A DNA stretch of 64,000 nucleotides from Marsupella aquatica. Taxonomy: Eukaryota > Plantae > Marchantiophyta. A program made the position numbers and the translations under genes. Below are positions 61,470 through 64,000 of this stretch, in pieces; position 1 is the first letter of the stretch, and each line of letters opens with the position of its first letter. The stretch is from contig OZ316894.1 of assembly GCA_973895155.1 (NCBI GenBank), positions 18,072,563 through 18,136,562 of the forward strand, written 5' to 3'. Below the pieces are notes generated by a model that worked only from the letters and a program-made list of their open reading frames with translations, made no database searches and was not told the DNA's origin.

Positions 61470-64000
61470 TCAGGAAGCCAGGGCTGCGAGTTCCTTCTCC
61501 AGTCTCTTAGCTCCTCGAAGAACTTCCAAAGCCTCCCCTTGTCGACCAGCCCTCTTTAGTTCCACTGCTTTTACCTTTTCCCGTTTTATTCTATCCTCGA
61601 GTTGTTTTCTTTCCGGTTGTGAAGCACTGGCAGACGTGCTACTTGCAGCACCTTTGCTGCTCCTTCCTGCATCTGGGACAGGATCCATTCGTTGACTTCC
61701 CCTTTGAACACCACCTCTCTCGTCTTCTACTTTGTAAGAAGTTCCGGTGCTGCTAGATGTGCTCCTTCCTCCCCTGGATTGAATTGGTTGGCTATTTTTG
61801 TCGGCAATCCTTTCCTCTCTGACTTTGTTGCCCGAGGAACTAAATGCAGTACTTCTCCCTTCTTTTGATTGAGATTCTTGGCTGTTTTGACTGACAATCA
61901 TTTCATGAAAATTGATAGGACTTATATTTGGAAGCTTGTTTGTAGAGGATTTTAGTGCTTGTGGATCGGGTTGTTGATTACTCTTGTTGAGGTTGGAAGG
62001 ACCCACACTTACTCTATTAACATTGGCTGTCCCGTGGAGTTCCCCGTCATTGAATCCAAGTCCTTTAAGTGCTGCCATGAGCTGTGGATCAAGGAGACCT
62101 TCCACCATGCCCATGTCTGAAGGGTCTTGTGCTACAGCTTTGCCAGACTGTGCATCTAGATCCTCCATTTGTTTCTCTAGAGTCTTCGCCAGCTCAAACT
62201 CTGCATCTGCCTCATCAATCTTCCCCTCTCGCCTCAAGCCCAAGGCCTTCCGTTTGTGTGCCAGGGACTCTTGTTGTAGCTTCTTTCTATCTTTCCCTTG
62301 GCGTAATTCCTGGCGTACTTGTTCTTTGTGGGTTTGAGCATGACTGGAAGCAGCTTGAGACTTATCAGGGGACACAGTTTCACTCAGTTTCTCTGGACTG
62401 GTCGACGAGGGTGTACCTCCAGTTTTGGATTGACCGTCAGGTGACTGGTGCTCCTCAGTTGACGACTGCGTACCCGTTTCCAGTTGCTTCTCCAGGAGTT
62501 TTGCTCGCCTTAACTCCTCTCGTGCTTCGCTATTCTTTCCCTCCCTCTTCAGAGCCAAAGCACTCCTCTTCAGCATCTTTATCTCTTCTTGAAGTGAAGG
62601 TGTAGCTCCCCCAGCAGTACCTGCTGCAGGTGCATGGTTGTTTGAGCTTGGACCTGCTGCTTCATTGAGTACGAAATTTGCATCGTGATCAGTTGAGACG
62701 GAATTCATATGCTTAGAAGGGACAGAAGATCTTCCCACTGAACCTTCTATATCTTGTTTACCAGATGCAGATGACGCAACAGGCCCAGCACTCGTGCTCT
62801 GTTTAAGTACAGGGTTATTTTGTTGCCTTCCTCCCGATATGGTAGATCCAGTATTCTGCAGCTGCTGCTTGTTGTCCAGTTTTTTTACATTCGCTGCTGC
62901 ATCTCCTCGCAATTGCACAGATGAGCTGTCCTTAGAAGGAGGTTCCCTAGAAGGATGTCCCAGCCCAATGCTCTGAAGAGCAGCCAACAAGCTCGAGTCA
63001 AACACATCATCTTCCTCTTCGCTGTCATCTTCCTCAAGAACATTTTCTGTAGGTGCATCCCATGTTTCACCACTAAGCAAGTCAATAGACGGTACTTGTC
63101 CTGAACCTGCCACTGGAGCATCTGGAACGGAGGGTGGATGGTCAAAGAGTGGAGGGAAGAAATCCGTTGTGCTTCCTATCTCGCCATATTCTCCTTCAAA
63201 GGAGGGGTCACGAAACTGAAAATCCTCTCTCATGGTCTCTTCGCTTTCCTTATCCGGACCATGGCTGTGGTTTATGCTTGCAGACTTCATAATTGCATGC
63301 CATATCGGATCTACAGCTGGTTCTGTAGCCATCTTTGTATAGGGTGGATTGGCTATATCAAGCTTGTGCCCACTGCTCTGGTCTTTCTTTTCTAGCCCAG
63401 CTTTTACCGCTTTTGAAGGCGCAGGGAGAGTATTCTTATCTGTTCTATCAGCAGGCTTTTCTGGCTCCCGTTTCCACCCAAAGGCCTGCAAAGCATTGAG
63501 CAACTCCGGGTCCTGCATATCTTCGTCAGTCACATCCTCATCATCAGATTCATCGCCGAAAGCACTCGGTCCAGCTGGGACAGACTGCTTCGAATGGGAA
63601 ACTGACTCCTTGTGAAGGTTCTTGCCTGCATCCGATGCTGCATTGTCAATCTCTTGCATCTCTTTTTCCAGTACCTTCCCTTGCTTTAGCTCTAATTCTG
63701 CCTCATCCACCTTTCCTTCACGCTTCAAAGCCAAAGCTCTACGCTTGTGGGCAAGAAGTTCCTTCTGAAGCTGGAACTTTCTGGCATGATCCTTCGGGGG
63801 GAGTTTCACAGCCTTATATGGCTGTACTGGTATGGGTGAACTGTGTGTTGCAATGTCTTCCTCTTTCTCGGGTTCCTTGTCTTTCACAAATGTATCCTCT
63901 TCTTGCCAACCAACTGACTTCAATGCTGCAACCAACTCCGGGTCCATGAAATCATCTGCACCAACCTCCACTTCCTCTTCCTCGTCTTCCGAAACGAATC
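61470..64000 (-). CDS. 3' portion of a FYVE4-like (At1g61690-type) protein with DM14-like repeats; the 5' end lies beyond the window
   Basis: The frame is open from the window edge to the stop at 61470. Four DM14-like repeats (LQKELLAHKRRALALKREGKVDEAELELKQGKVLE, LQEEIKMLKRSALALKREGKNSEAREEL, LQQESLAHKRKALGLRREGKIDEADAEF, LEDRIKREKVKAVELKRAGRQGEALEVLR) are separated by disordered linkers. The FYVE domain itself is not in the window. Confidence 0.8.
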   Translation of the reverse strand, partial: FVSEDEEEEVEVGADDFMDPELVAALKSVGWQEEDTFVKDKEPEKEEDIATHSSPIPVQPYKAVKLPPKDHARKFQLQKELLAHKRRALALKREGKVDEAELELKQGKVLEKEMQEIDNAASDAGKNLHKESVSHSKQSVPAGPSAFGDESDDEDVTDEDMQDPELLNALQAFGWKREPEKPADRTDKNTLPAPSKAVKAGLEKKDQSSGHKLDIANPPYTKMATEPAVDPIWHAIMKSASINHSHGPDKESEETMREDFQFRDPSFEGEYGEIGSTTDFFPPLFDHPPSVPDAPVAGSGQVPSIDLLSGETWDAPTENVLEEDDSEEEDDVFDSSLLAALQSIGLGHPSREPPSKDSSSVQLRGDAAANVKKLDNKQQLQNTGSTISGGRQQNNPVLKQSTSAGPVASSASGKQDIEGSVGRSSVPSKHMNSVSTDHDANFVLNEAAGPSSNNHAPAAGTAGGATPSLQEEIKMLKRSALALKREGKNSEAREELRRAKLLEKQLETGTQSSTEEHQSPDGQSKTGGTPSSTSPEKLSETVSPDKSQAASSHAQTHKEQVRQELRQGKDRKKLQQESLAHKRKALGLRREGKIDEADAEFELAKTLEKQMEDLDAQSGKAVAQDPSDMGMVEGLLDPQLMAALKGLGFNDGELHGTANVNRVSVGPSNLNKSNQQPDPQALKSSTNKLPNISPINFHEMIVSQNSQESQSKEGRSTAFSSSGNKVREERIADKNSQPIQSRGGRSTSSSTGTSYKVEDERGGVQRGSQRMDPVPDAGRSSKGAASSTSASASQPERKQLEDRIKREKVKAVELKRAGRQGEALEVLRGAKRLEKELAALAS

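Overview
Eukaryotic, intron-rich nuclear DNA from a non-seed land plant; a liverwort (Marchantiales-like) is my inference from gene content and intron/UTR style. Eight protein-coding genes are supported: a ~19-kb multi-exon Integrator subunit 1 (INTS1) homologue (-), SICKLE (+), a NUDX20/24-type Nudix hydrolase (-), an FLS2-like non-RD LRR receptor kinase (+), plastid RPL4 (+), cytosolic RPL30 (-), an intronless PLATZ factor (-) and the 3' part of a FYVE4-like DM14-repeat protein (-). Intergenic DNA holds a hairpin-rich ~295-bp satellite, several tandem and dispersed repeats, tRNA-derived SINE-like heads and a 462-bp TIR/TSD-bounded G-rich element. The three strongest leads: (1) the receptor kinase has a ~135-aa in-frame segment ahead of its LRR cap that is built like a peptide-hormone precursor (acidic stretch, RRxL site, Cys pair), so it may be a tethered ligand or pro-domain; (2) a full-length plant INTS1; (3) tandem EAR repression motifs at the N-terminus of that INTS1. 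All homology calls come from recalled motifs, not database searches, and exon models were read by hand.
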